DNA from: Magnetococcales bacterium
GTDB lineage: Bacteria; Pseudomonadota; Magnetococcia; Magnetococcales; JADGBX01
Assembly: GCA_015231265.1 (NCBI GenBank)
Contig: JADGBX010000002.1
Span: 4,174-68,173, forward strand
DNA length: 64,000 bases
Direction of reading: 5' to 3'
In this document: piece after piece, positions 1 to 8,224 of the stretch
How positions within the stretch are numbered: position 1 is the stretch's first letter
Layout of the letters: each line of letters starts with the position of its first letter
Translations under genes and position numbers: made by a program
The notes under the pieces: generated by a model
What the model was told of the DNA's origin: nothing
Database searches by the model: none
Seen by the model: the letters and a program-made list of their open reading frames with translations, nothing else

Positions 1-11
1 AGCAGGCAGCC

Positions 12-1103
12 ATGGGTTCTGATCAATACAAGATGGACGGACACAAGCTTCTCTGGCATCTGGAGAGGGTTCAACAGTGGCAGGAAAAACGCGTCATAGC
101 CCCCATCTACATTGAGGTCAGTCCCCTCGCCTACTGCAATAATCGCTGCATCTTCTGCGCTATCGACTTCAGCATGGAGAAATCCCTGGCGCTTGATGCG
201 AGCCGCTTCATTCCGAAACTGGCCCAGATGGGCAAAGCGGGTGTCCGCAGCATCATGTATGCCGGTGAAGGTGAACCGCTTCTGCACCGTGAACTGGTCC
301 CGATCATTCTCGAAACCAAAAAGGCCGGAATCGATGTTGCCCTGACCACCAACGGCAATCTTGGCAGCAGCGATGATTGGCAGGCGATTCTGCCCGCGCT
401 CTCCTGGGTGCGTTTCAGCGTCGACGCCGGAACCGACGAGGTGTATAGCGTCGTGCACGGTGTCTCTGGTGAGATGTTTCACCGTACGATACAGAACATC
501 CGTCAGGCGGTGCAGTTCAAACGGGATAATGAACTATCGGTCACGATCGGTGCGCAGTTTGTCGTGCTCGAAGAGAATGTCGATGATCTTGCCGAAGCCG
601 TGGCCCTGTTCAGTGAGATTGGTGTCGACTATTTGGCAATCAAGCCCTACTCACTGCATCCACAGATGTTGGCTACTAAAGAGGTCGATTATCGTAACGG
701 ATTGATGGATCGCGTCGCGTCAATTCTCAAGACATGCACACCCTCTGAGAAGAGCCCAACCCGGATCATCTTCCGGCAGGACGCCATGGAGAACTATGCT
801 GATGGCAAGATGGCCTTCGACCACTGTCTGGCCCTACCCTTTTGGGGTTACGTGGACTCCCGAGGTGACTTCTACACCTGTAGTGTCTTTCTCGGTGACC
901 CAAGATTCAAGGTCGGCAATGTTCTGGAGCAGGAGATGGAGGCGGTACTCTTTGGTGAAAAACGGGAGAACTCCATCCAGTTCGGTGAAAAGCGGCTTGC
1001 ACTGACGGAAGAGTGCCGACTCAACTGTCGAATGGCCCGTATTAATGAGTTTCTGACGATGATCGATCAAAAACCGGAAGGAGGGGTGTTTTTCATCGAT
1101 TGA
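12..1103 (+). CDS. radical SAM protein (no B12 domain; Cys-rich C-terminal region)
   Basis: 363-aa ORF from the ATG at 12. It has the CxxxCxxC motif AYCNNRCIFC near the N-terminus, a GEGEPLL SAM-binding-type motif, and C-terminal cysteines (CSVF...CRLNC). Confidence 0.8.
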   Translation: MGSDQYKMDGHKLLWHLERVQQWQEKRVIAPIYIEVSPLAYCNNRCIFCAIDFSMEKSLALDASRFIPKLAQMGKAGVRSIMYAGEGEPLLHRELVPIILETKKAGIDVALTTNGNLGSSDDWQAILPALSWVRFSVDAGTDEVYSVVHGVSGEMFHRTIQNIRQAVQFKRDNELSVTIGAQFVVLEENVDDLAEAVALFSEIGVDYLAIKPYSLHPQMLATKEVDYRNGLMDRVASILKTCTPSEKSPTRIIFRQDAMENYADGKMAFDHCLALPFWGYVDSRGDFYTCSVFLGDPRFKVGNVLEQEMEAVLFGEKRENSIQFGEKRLALTEECRLNCRMARINEFLTMIDQKPEGGVFFID

Positions 1104-1569
1104 TCGGAACTCCAGCACGACGGATCCAAATCGTCACTGCGCTAATTGTGAGGACGAGTTCCAGCAGAAACGTCCAGTGAAAGATGAAATTGGCCACCCA
1201 CCAAGAGTATCGAGCCGGTACAACCACCCATGTAGATGGCGTCATATCAAATGGCGCCAGCCAAGGAATCGCCCCTGCAATGGTATCCAATAACAGGTGA
1301 AGAAAAACGAAACCCAACGCGGCCACTACGACGAACGTGTACCGTTGAAATAGAATCATCAGGAGCATCGCTACCCCAACCCACGAAACAGGCCAATGGG
1401 TTACGAGTTGATGGTGATGGGTCGAAGAGTCCACCAAATAGAACCAGATCATATCCACATCCGGCACCACGCCAGCCACACAGCCGACCCAAACGGGAAA
1501 GCGTCCCTGAGTTCGAGAGTGCATGGCAACGGCAGCAAGGTAGCTGATAGGCAGGTGACCGATGATCAT
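1093..1569 (-). CDS. membrane-bound metal-dependent hydrolase-like protein (YdjM/DUF457-type)
   Basis: 158-aa polytopic hydrophobic ORF with several His/Asp clusters (PDVD, THHHQLVTH). It is convergent with the radical SAM gene and overlaps its end by 11 nt. Confidence 0.5.
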   Translation of the reverse strand: MIIGHLPISYLAAVAMHSRTQGRFPVWVGCVAGVVPDVDMIWFYLVDSSTHHHQLVTHWPVSWVGVAMLLMILFQRYTFVVVAALGFVFLHLLLDTIAGAIPWLAPFDMTPSTWVVVPARYSWWVANFIFHWTFLLELVLTISAVTIWIRRAGVPINR

Positions 1570-1667
1570 CGGATAGTCTCCAACTGGATGAGATCCATCT
1601 CCACCACGGTGTGTGTTGAGAGCATAAGAGTCAACCTGTAACCCGGAAATCTCACAGGTTGCTATTT

Positions 1668-1693
1668 GTAGATTGACTGATCACTCAATCTAC
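1668..1693. promoter_or_regulatory. 26-bp near-perfect palindrome, candidate TetR operator
   Basis: GTAGATTGAcTGATCAcTCAATCTAC: 9-bp perfect arms plus a palindromic TGATCA core. It ends 15 nt upstream of the TetR ATG, in the divergent intergenic region. Confidence 0.5.
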
Positions 1694-1707
1694 CCTACCA
1701 TTCCCCT

Positions 1708-2274
1708 ATGAACGAAAAGAAACAACGCATCCTGGATGCTGCCATCACACTCTTTGCCAAAGATGGATTTTGGAACACCTCTACCGCCAGCATCTCCAAA
1801 GAGGCCGGTGTCGCAACTGGAACGCTGTTCAACCATTTCAGCAGCAAAGATGCGCTGATCAACGCGGTCTATGTCTCACTGAAGAAAGAGATTCATACCA
1901 GTATCATGGCAATATGGCAGCCGGATGGAACCCTGAAAAAGAATCTTCTCGCCGCTTGGAGCTGTGTGATTCACTGGGGTCTTAAGAACCAAGATCGTTA
2001 TGATTTAATGGAACAGTTGCGCATGTCAGAGCGGGTATCACAAGAGACTCGCGAAGCAATGGCAGCAGAGTTCTCCGCTTTTCAGATGGACATACAGATG
2101 GGCGTTGCAGAGGCGGTATTAGAAGAACTTCCAGTCGCTTACCATATGCAGGCGTGTGCCGCACTCATGAGCGCCACTCTTATCTATCTGCGTTCTCCTG
2201 AAGGCGGGTCAGCCGACCCTGACGCCCTGATCAATAGCGCCTTTGCCGCCTATTGGCACGGCGTCGCTCAGTAG
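1708..2274 (+). CDS. TetR/AcrR family transcriptional regulator
   Basis: 188 aa. The N-terminal HTH signature is RILDAAITLFAKDGFWNTSTASISKEAGVATGTLFNHFSSKDALI. Confidence 0.85.
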   Translation: MNEKKQRILDAAITLFAKDGFWNTSTASISKEAGVATGTLFNHFSSKDALINAVYVSLKKEIHTSIMAIWQPDGTLKKNLLAAWSCVIHWGLKNQDRYDLMEQLRMSERVSQETREAMAAEFSAFQMDIQMGVAEAVLEELPVAYHMQACAALMSATLIYLRSPEGGSADPDALINSAFAAYWHGVAQ

Positions 2275-2341
2275 AATCCATGCAGACCATGACACCATCT
2301 CGGTGAACATGGAGTCGATCAATGACTGACTAATCAGTTTA

Positions 2342-3469
2342 ATGAGTGAGGTGTATATGATCCGACGCATTCTACTCTTCATCATTGCCGTAATGGTGGC
2401 AGGCTGTGCCGTACTGAACATGGACACCTTTGGAGACTCCAATACCATGAATAGCATTATCGAGAGAGAAGAGAGCGTGAGAATGGAAAATGGCAGATTT
2501 CTCAATACAGTCCCCACGCCCCAAGGTATTGAGACGGAGAATATCTGGTCAACGCTCCACAGTTGGTTCTTTGATGGCAAACTGCGTACCCCGCGTGTGG
2601 AAATACCTGTACAGAGGCTTGATTCTCCCGTTGTCGGGGATGGGGCGACTCATGTCACCTGGATGGGACACTCGACTCTTTTGATTGAATTGGATGGGAA
2701 AACGGTACTTCTGGATCCGGTATTCAGCAGCAACGCCTCCCCTTTCTCCTGGCTACCACCACGTAGTTTCTATCCTGAGATGCCGATTTCACCTGAAGCG
2801 ATTGATCATGTAGACGCTGTGGTGATCTCTCACGACCACTACGACCATCTGGATATGCACTCCATCAAAGCACTCGCCGATAAAACGGATCGTTTCATCG
2901 TACCGCTTGCTGTGGGGGGTCACCTGCGCCGTTGGGGCATTGCTGAGGAGAAGATCACCGAATTGGGCTGGTGGAAGAGCACCACTCTAGATTCCATCAC
3001 TCTAACGGCCACCCCGACACGCCACTTCTCCGGACGCAGCCTCATGGACAAAAACAGAACACTTTGGGCGGGTTGGGCGATACGCGGCAGGGACAACACA
3101 CTCTATTTCGGTGGGGATTCCGGCTTTTTTCCCGGATTTAAAGAGATCGGAGAACGTCTGGGACCATTTGATCTGACCATGCTGGAGTGTGGTGCCTACG
3201 ATCCGGCCTGGCCAAACATCCACATGTTCCCGGAGCAGACCGCCCAAGCCCACATCGACCTCCGCGGTAAAGCGCTAATGCCGATCCACTGGAGCCGTTT
3301 CGATCTGGCTCTTCACCCATGGAATGCATCGGTGGAACGTCTGGAGACAGCAGCCAGAAAACAGAACCTCACCATCGTCACCCCCAGGATCGGACAGCGC
3401 TTTGCCATGAATGGAGAGCTGCCGGCAACGGCCTGGTGGCGAGAGATCTCCGACACGCCCTCTCCATAG
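2342..3469 (+). CDS. MBL-fold metallo-hydrolase lipoprotein (NAPE-PLD-like beta-lactamase fold)
   Basis: 375 aa with a lipobox (VAGC) after a hydrophobic leader and the HxHxDH-type motif SHDHYDHLD. An alternative start (MIRRILLF) lies at 2357. Confidence 0.75.
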   Translation: MSEVYMIRRILLFIIAVMVAGCAVLNMDTFGDSNTMNSIIEREESVRMENGRFLNTVPTPQGIETENIWSTLHSWFFDGKLRTPRVEIPVQRLDSPVVGDGATHVTWMGHSTLLIELDGKTVLLDPVFSSNASPFSWLPPRSFYPEMPISPEAIDHVDAVVISHDHYDHLDMHSIKALADKTDRFIVPLAVGGHLRRWGIAEEKITELGWWKSTTLDSITLTATPTRHFSGRSLMDKNRTLWAGWAIRGRDNTLYFGGDSGFFPGFKEIGERLGPFDLTMLECGAYDPAWPNIHMFPEQTAQAHIDLRGKALMPIHWSRFDLALHPWNASVERLETAARKQNLTIVTPRIGQRFAMNGELPATAWWREISDTPSP

Positions 3470-3544
3470 CTGGCAAAGCGCCCAACAACGGCCAAGGAGA
3501 GAAATGATCAATGACCCGGAGACGCACCTTCACAACAGAACTGG

Positions 3545-3937
3545 CTATTCAGAACCTTCCGGGAGTGTAGCAAACAGATCGATCTGATTGCCATCCGGAT
3601 CATGAACCGTCGCATAGCGCTGCCCCCAGAATGCATCCCAGGGCCGGGTGATCTCCTTGAAACCCGCGTCGGTTATCCTGGCAAAGAGTGCGTCCACCTG
3701 CTCAGGACTCTCCTGTTTGAAACAGAGCGTCATGCCACACCCCGTCGGTTCGACCCACTCCGGATGCAGCTTCTTCATCAAAGCGACTGAATCCAGCATG
3801 ATGCGAACACCGCTGGGCGTCGTTGCCTCCCAGTGGTCGGTCCCACCAATGGCCTGAAACGTCAGGCCGAACAAGGCATAAAACGCTCTTGATTGCGAGA
3901 TATCCCTACTGATGATACCGACTGCGTCGAGATGCAT
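3545..3937 (-). CDS. VOC/glyoxalase-bleomycin-resistance family protein
   Basis: 130 aa. The start (MHLDAVGIISRDISQSRAFY) and end (RYATVHDPDGNQIDLF) are typical of the VOC fold. Confidence 0.7.
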   Translation of the reverse strand: MHLDAVGIISRDISQSRAFYALFGLTFQAIGGTDHWEATTPSGVRIMLDSVALMKKLHPEWVEPTGCGMTLCFKQESPEQVDALFARITDAGFKEITRPWDAFWGQRYATVHDPDGNQIDLFATLPEGSE

Positions 3938-3997
3938 GCTGCACTCCTCAATTCGTACAACGAAAAAGCCCCATTGATACGCACCTGCCGCACTCTC

Positions 3998-5254
3998 TCA
4001 TGGTTGGTAGAACTCGTCCACATACCATTCAGCCGTATCGAGCAACTCCTGGTGAAGGTCGGGAGGAGCATAAGCCGGGGGTTGAAATCCCGGTTGCGGG
4101 TCGCGTGCGAATTGTGACCAAAAATCTTTGGGAAAGATCCCCTCGGCGACCCAACGATCATAGATCTCCGAGTGCGGCAGTGGATAGAGGATGTTGAAAA
4201 AGGGGATATCAACACCCAACTCTCGGATCATCTCCGGCAAAGCCTTGCGATATGCCGTCGTTTCTCCGGGAAATCCGATGATGAAATAACCCAGAGTCTG
4301 AATACCAACCTGCCGACAGATCGAGAAAAAACGACGCATCTGGTCGAGCGTGATGGACTTATTGACGAAGTGGAGCAGGTCGGGATCCAGCGTCTCTACA
4401 CCCACATGCAGCCGTTCACAACCCGCCTCCCGCAAGGCGGTAGCTGTTTCCAGGTCGATGTGCGCTCTTCCCCGCGCACTCCAGGTGATCGACAGATTGC
4501 GCTTCCGGATCTCATCACAGATTGCGACAACCCGGGACCGTTTGACATTGAAACAGTCATCCATCAAGTGAACCGTTGCAGCACCGTGATCCAGCGCATG
4601 AACCATCTCATCCACCACACGAACGGGACTCTTGAAGCGAAACCCCCGCTCCTGAGTATCGCAGAAGACACAGTGGAACGGACACCCCTTTGAGCTGTAC
4701 ATGGGAAACCGCAAACCGCTGTTTTTCAATAGAACTTTACTTGGATCACTGATCGCATAATCGTCGAGATCAAGAAGCTCCAACCTCGGCATGGGTAGGG
4801 TATCGAGATCGTCCACATGGTCTCTGAAAAGGCCATCGGGTGCGCCGCTGCTCAACCAGGCGTTGAAGCTCCTGTCGGCATCATGCTGAAAGATTGCATC
4901 GGCCCCTAACTGTCGAATTGCATCGGAAAAGTGGGTGGCATGAGGCCCTCCGACCACCTTCTTCGCCCTTTTGATACCAGAAAGCAGTCGTTTCATGGCG
5001 TATGACGTACCGATGGTCGCGGTCATCCCGACGACATCCGGATCCCACTCATCAATGACTGCAAGAGTTTCGTCGATGGAGAGTCCCATGGAAGCGCTGT
5101 CCAGAATCCTGACCTCATGCTGCGGGTCAATACCACTGGCGACTGCCAACACCCCCAACGGAATATAGCGCAGTCGGCCAACGGAGAAGTGCTCTGGCGT
5201 GGTGTAGTCTCTGGGTTCGCCCTCATTAGGCAGTGTTATCAACAAAACACGCAT
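3998..5254 (-). CDS. B12-binding domain radical SAM protein (class B)
   Basis: 418 aa. The N-terminal Rossmann-like cobalamin-domain pattern (MRVLLITLP...VVGMTATIG...GGPHATHF) is followed by the CxxxCxxC motif GCPFHCVFC. Its ATG overlaps the upstream gene's TGA by 1 nt (TGATG). Confidence 0.85.
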   Translation of the reverse strand: MRVLLITLPNEGEPRDYTTPEHFSVGRLRYIPLGVLAVASGIDPQHEVRILDSASMGLSIDETLAVIDEWDPDVVGMTATIGTSYAMKRLLSGIKRAKKVVGGPHATHFSDAIRQLGADAIFQHDADRSFNAWLSSGAPDGLFRDHVDDLDTLPMPRLELLDLDDYAISDPSKVLLKNSGLRFPMYSSKGCPFHCVFCDTQERGFRFKSPVRVVDEMVHALDHGAATVHLMDDCFNVKRSRVVAICDEIRKRNLSITWSARGRAHIDLETATALREAGCERLHVGVETLDPDLLHFVNKSITLDQMRRFFSICRQVGIQTLGYFIIGFPGETTAYRKALPEMIRELGVDIPFFNILYPLPHSEIYDRWVAEGIFPKDFWSQFARDPQPGFQPPAYAPPDLHQELLDTAEWYVDEFYQP

Positions 5255-6789
5255 CAGGAGGAACTGCCCGACTCTTCAATGATACTCTGCTCTTCCCGGG
5301 TCTTGACTTCATCTCCCTCCTCCCGCTCGTCTGCAACTTGATCGGGGAAGTAGACACCGACATTGCGACGTGTCCGTCTGCGAAACTCCTCCAACTCCTC
5401 AAGAGTCATCATGTTCATTCTGGCAAAGCGCTCGCGTTTCTCCTGTGTGGAGAAGTTGATGCGATCCCACTCAAAACAGCGTAGCATCTCAAGCTCACGG
5501 ACGGTGAAATGCTCCGTTTCAATAAAACCTTTGGCAAACCCCAGCGTATCATCACGATAGAAGTCGAAATCCTGCGGAAGATACCCCCCCTCGACTGCCG
5601 TCTGAAACAGTTCGGTTCCGGGAAACGGTGTGGCGATCGCGAACTTGATCTGGTCCACGTCCAGCTCTTCTGCAAACGCGCACGTCTCACGGATTTCCTG
5701 CCAAGTCTCCCCCGGGAAGCCGATGACGAAATCGGCATCCACCTCGATTCCCAACTCCCGGCACCACTGGGCCACCTGTTTGATCTTCTGCTTATTGCCG
5801 GGTTTTCTGATGATCTCGCGCAACACCCGCTCACTGCCCGACTCAGGAGAGACGATCACCTGATAACAGCCGGTCTCTTTCATCAGTTTGAGCAGATCGT
5901 AGTCGAGACTCCAGGCGGACTGGTTGAGATTCTTCCAGATCAGATCGTAGTTGCGCGCCTTCAGCCCCTCCAGAATCGCCACCACCCTGTTGCGATCGGC
6001 ATACATTTCGTCATCGGTAAAGATCAGCTCCTTGATACCGTAGCTCTGGACAAGCATATCGATCTCTTGCAGGACACTGTCGGCACTCCGCAAACGCACA
6101 CCCCGACCGCTAATCACCGGTGACGCGCAGAAACAGCACCTGAAACGACATCCCCGAGAGGTGAGAATCAACCCCACCGGTTGTCGTTTCGAGCCCAGAC
6201 CCACCGCCGACTTCTGCTCCGAACACATCACCTTCTGCCAGTTGAAGAGGGTATAGTCCGGCAGCGGCAACGCATCCAGATCTTCGATATACCCTTCAGG
6301 AGGCCGGATCACTACGCTGCCACCCACCCGGTATCCAATCCCGTCCATCTGCGAAAAATCGCGCTCGGGAGTCTGCAGAATGTCCAGGAACTTCGGCAGT
6401 CTCGCCTCCCCTTCTGAGAGGATGACATGGTCGATATTGATATCTTCCATCACCTTCTCAGGGAGTGTCGTAGCGTGCACGCCGCCCATGATGGTGATAA
6501 TTGCGGGATCGACTTCCTTGGCCAGTTGCGCCGCATGGTGCCCCTGCCGCCAGTACTCCAGAGACATATTGGTGATACCGACGATATCGGGTTGAAACGC
6601 TCGGATACGCTCCTTCACCTGATCACGGGTCAGATTGTCGATGTTGGCTTCAAGAATCTCCACCTCCAGTCCGTACTGCTGGAGAACCGGCGTCAACATG
6701 GGAACCGCAGGGGTAAACCACAGCCACTGTCTTTTTCCAAACCAGCGGGTATTGGGAACAAGAAACTGAAATTTGCGAATCGGTTTCAT
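5254..6789 (-). CDS. B12-binding domain radical SAM protein (class B)
   Basis: The ORF track runs to 6942. I place the start at the ATG at 6789 (MKPIRKFQFLVPN...), which removes the overlap with the upstream gene. Cobalamin-domain pattern (IVGITNM...GGVHATTL) plus GCRFRCCFC. Confidence 0.8.
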   Translation of the reverse strand: MKPIRKFQFLVPNTRWFGKRQWLWFTPAVPMLTPVLQQYGLEVEILEANIDNLTRDQVKERIRAFQPDIVGITNMSLEYWRQGHHAAQLAKEVDPAIITIMGGVHATTLPEKVMEDINIDHVILSEGEARLPKFLDILQTPERDFSQMDGIGYRVGGSVVIRPPEGYIEDLDALPLPDYTLFNWQKVMCSEQKSAVGLGSKRQPVGLILTSRGCRFRCCFCASPVISGRGVRLRSADSVLQEIDMLVQSYGIKELIFTDDEMYADRNRVVAILEGLKARNYDLIWKNLNQSAWSLDYDLLKLMKETGCYQVIVSPESGSERVLREIIRKPGNKQKIKQVAQWCRELGIEVDADFVIGFPGETWQEIRETCAFAEELDVDQIKFAIATPFPGTELFQTAVEGGYLPQDFDFYRDDTLGFAKGFIETEHFTVRELEMLRCFEWDRINFSTQEKRERFARMNMMTLEELEEFRRRTRRNVGVYFPDQVADEREEGDEVKTREEQSIIEESGSSS

Positions 6790-6883
6790 GTAACAGGACT
6801 CATGCGATTGGAAAACCGGATGGAGAGAGTGTTGAGTGCATGGTAGGGAGAAGACCGGGTTTTCGCAACGTTGAACCGGCATT

Positions 6884-8197
6884 TCAAGGCTGCTCTCCGA
6901 CTCCCATGAAGTCAAGAATCTTCGGGGTATTCGCATCGACATGGAGGTCGGAACGAGCCTCGATAACCCGCGTACTCAACGCCGACCAATCGATGCGCTC
7001 CAACACAGGCACCAGATTCTCCAGCTCGGATCGGGAGACGACGACACCGATCTCACGCTCCTGAACGAATCGGGCCATGAATCGGTACTCCTCACTGACC
7101 AGAACGGGCAGCCCGGCAGCCAGGTAGACGAACAGCTTGCTGGACATACACTCCTCAGTATGCGACCACCCCACTGCAAAATCATCATCAAAGAAGTTGG
7201 CCACAAGACCCAAGTGGTAGCGGCCGACAAGATGATCCAGAAGGTCAGGTAGAGGAACGCCGGGAAGAAACTTGAAGTGGGGATTGCCGTCCGCTTCTCG
7301 ATGATAGTCGGCAAATACCCGCTGCGATTCCGATGGGCTGTAATAGATGGGATGATGGATGGAGAAATCGACACCCTGCCGCCCGAATGATTGAATCATC
7401 GGCAAAAAGTTCATCACGCCGAAGATGCGTCTCTGCTCCCCCGGAGGTTTGATCTGTCCTGGATAGACCAAACGAAAAGGGCCTTCCGGCGGGATTGGTG
7501 CCGGTGTCCGGCTCTCTCTAAACCACGACTTGGGAGGGCACGGCATGACACAAAGATCAGGCGCTTCGGCCTTCTTGACGTGCTCTTCGACCCAAGGGCC
7601 ATCGCTTTTATGAAACAGACCATCAGATGCGGCTCTCACCTGCTCTTCACCATCCAGCATCCAGTGCATCTCTTCTCGCGAAAACACCCCCTCTTGCTCA
7701 AAGAGATCGAGCTGATCACCGATGAAGGGTGCCATCCAGTCGAAGATTTCGTGCCGAATTCTCAATTTTGGATTCGCTTCGGTGAGAAATGCGTTGAGAA
7801 ATATCCACTTGGCATGACACTGCAGATAGACAGGGAGGGCCGACAGTCGTTGAGCAATCTGCCACAACAGTGCTAAAGAGCTATCCAGTGTGAGTGCATG
7901 ATCATAAACCTGCTGAGGGGGGTCGGAGTGCAGATAGAGAGCATGGGTAGCGATTCCGGATTGGGACAGCCCATGGGCGACATACTCAATGCTGGGAAAG
8001 TTACCGCGATGAACCGCAACGAAGAGGACCACCTCACCCTTCTTTGCCGATGAGGTCAAGGCGTTGACGAACACCTCGGCCTGATCTGACATGGCCTGAC
8101 ACACATCCGATTTCCAGTGATCGGCAATAAACCGTCTCAGAGCAGTTCGGGTGGCTGGCCGACGACAAAACCCGAGCTGAAGGGCATCTGCATTCAT
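6884..8197 (-). CDS. hypothetical protein, glycosyltransferase-like C-terminal half
   Basis: 437 aa in the same operon as the radical SAM pair. The C-terminal region (SKLFVYLAAGLPVLVSEEY) resembles the GT-B nucleotide-sugar-binding half. The function is not secure. Confidence 0.45.
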   Translation of the reverse strand: MNADALQLGFCRRPATRTALRRFIADHWKSDVCQAMSDQAEVFVNALTSSAKKGEVVLFVAVHRGNFPSIEYVAHGLSQSGIATHALYLHSDPPQQVYDHALTLDSSLALLWQIAQRLSALPVYLQCHAKWIFLNAFLTEANPKLRIRHEIFDWMAPFIGDQLDLFEQEGVFSREEMHWMLDGEEQVRAASDGLFHKSDGPWVEEHVKKAEAPDLCVMPCPPKSWFRESRTPAPIPPEGPFRLVYPGQIKPPGEQRRIFGVMNFLPMIQSFGRQGVDFSIHHPIYYSPSESQRVFADYHREADGNPHFKFLPGVPLPDLLDHLVGRYHLGLVANFFDDDFAVGWSHTEECMSSKLFVYLAAGLPVLVSEEYRFMARFVQEREIGVVVSRSELENLVPVLERIDWSALSTRVIEARSDLHVDANTPKILDFMGVGEQP

Positions 8198-8224
8198 AGT
8201 GTCGACTCCCTGCTCACCATGCTT

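Noticed and set aside
5254-6942. Long N-terminal extensions offered by the ORF track (also 21618-23777, 32691-34460, 43509-44852, 52719-53012, 56396-56758, 58726-60336, 61508-61960)
   Set aside because: The extensions overlap upstream genes or repeats and lack family-typical N-termini. Internal starts restore canonical N-termini, lipoboxes or ATGA coupling, so I trimmed them.
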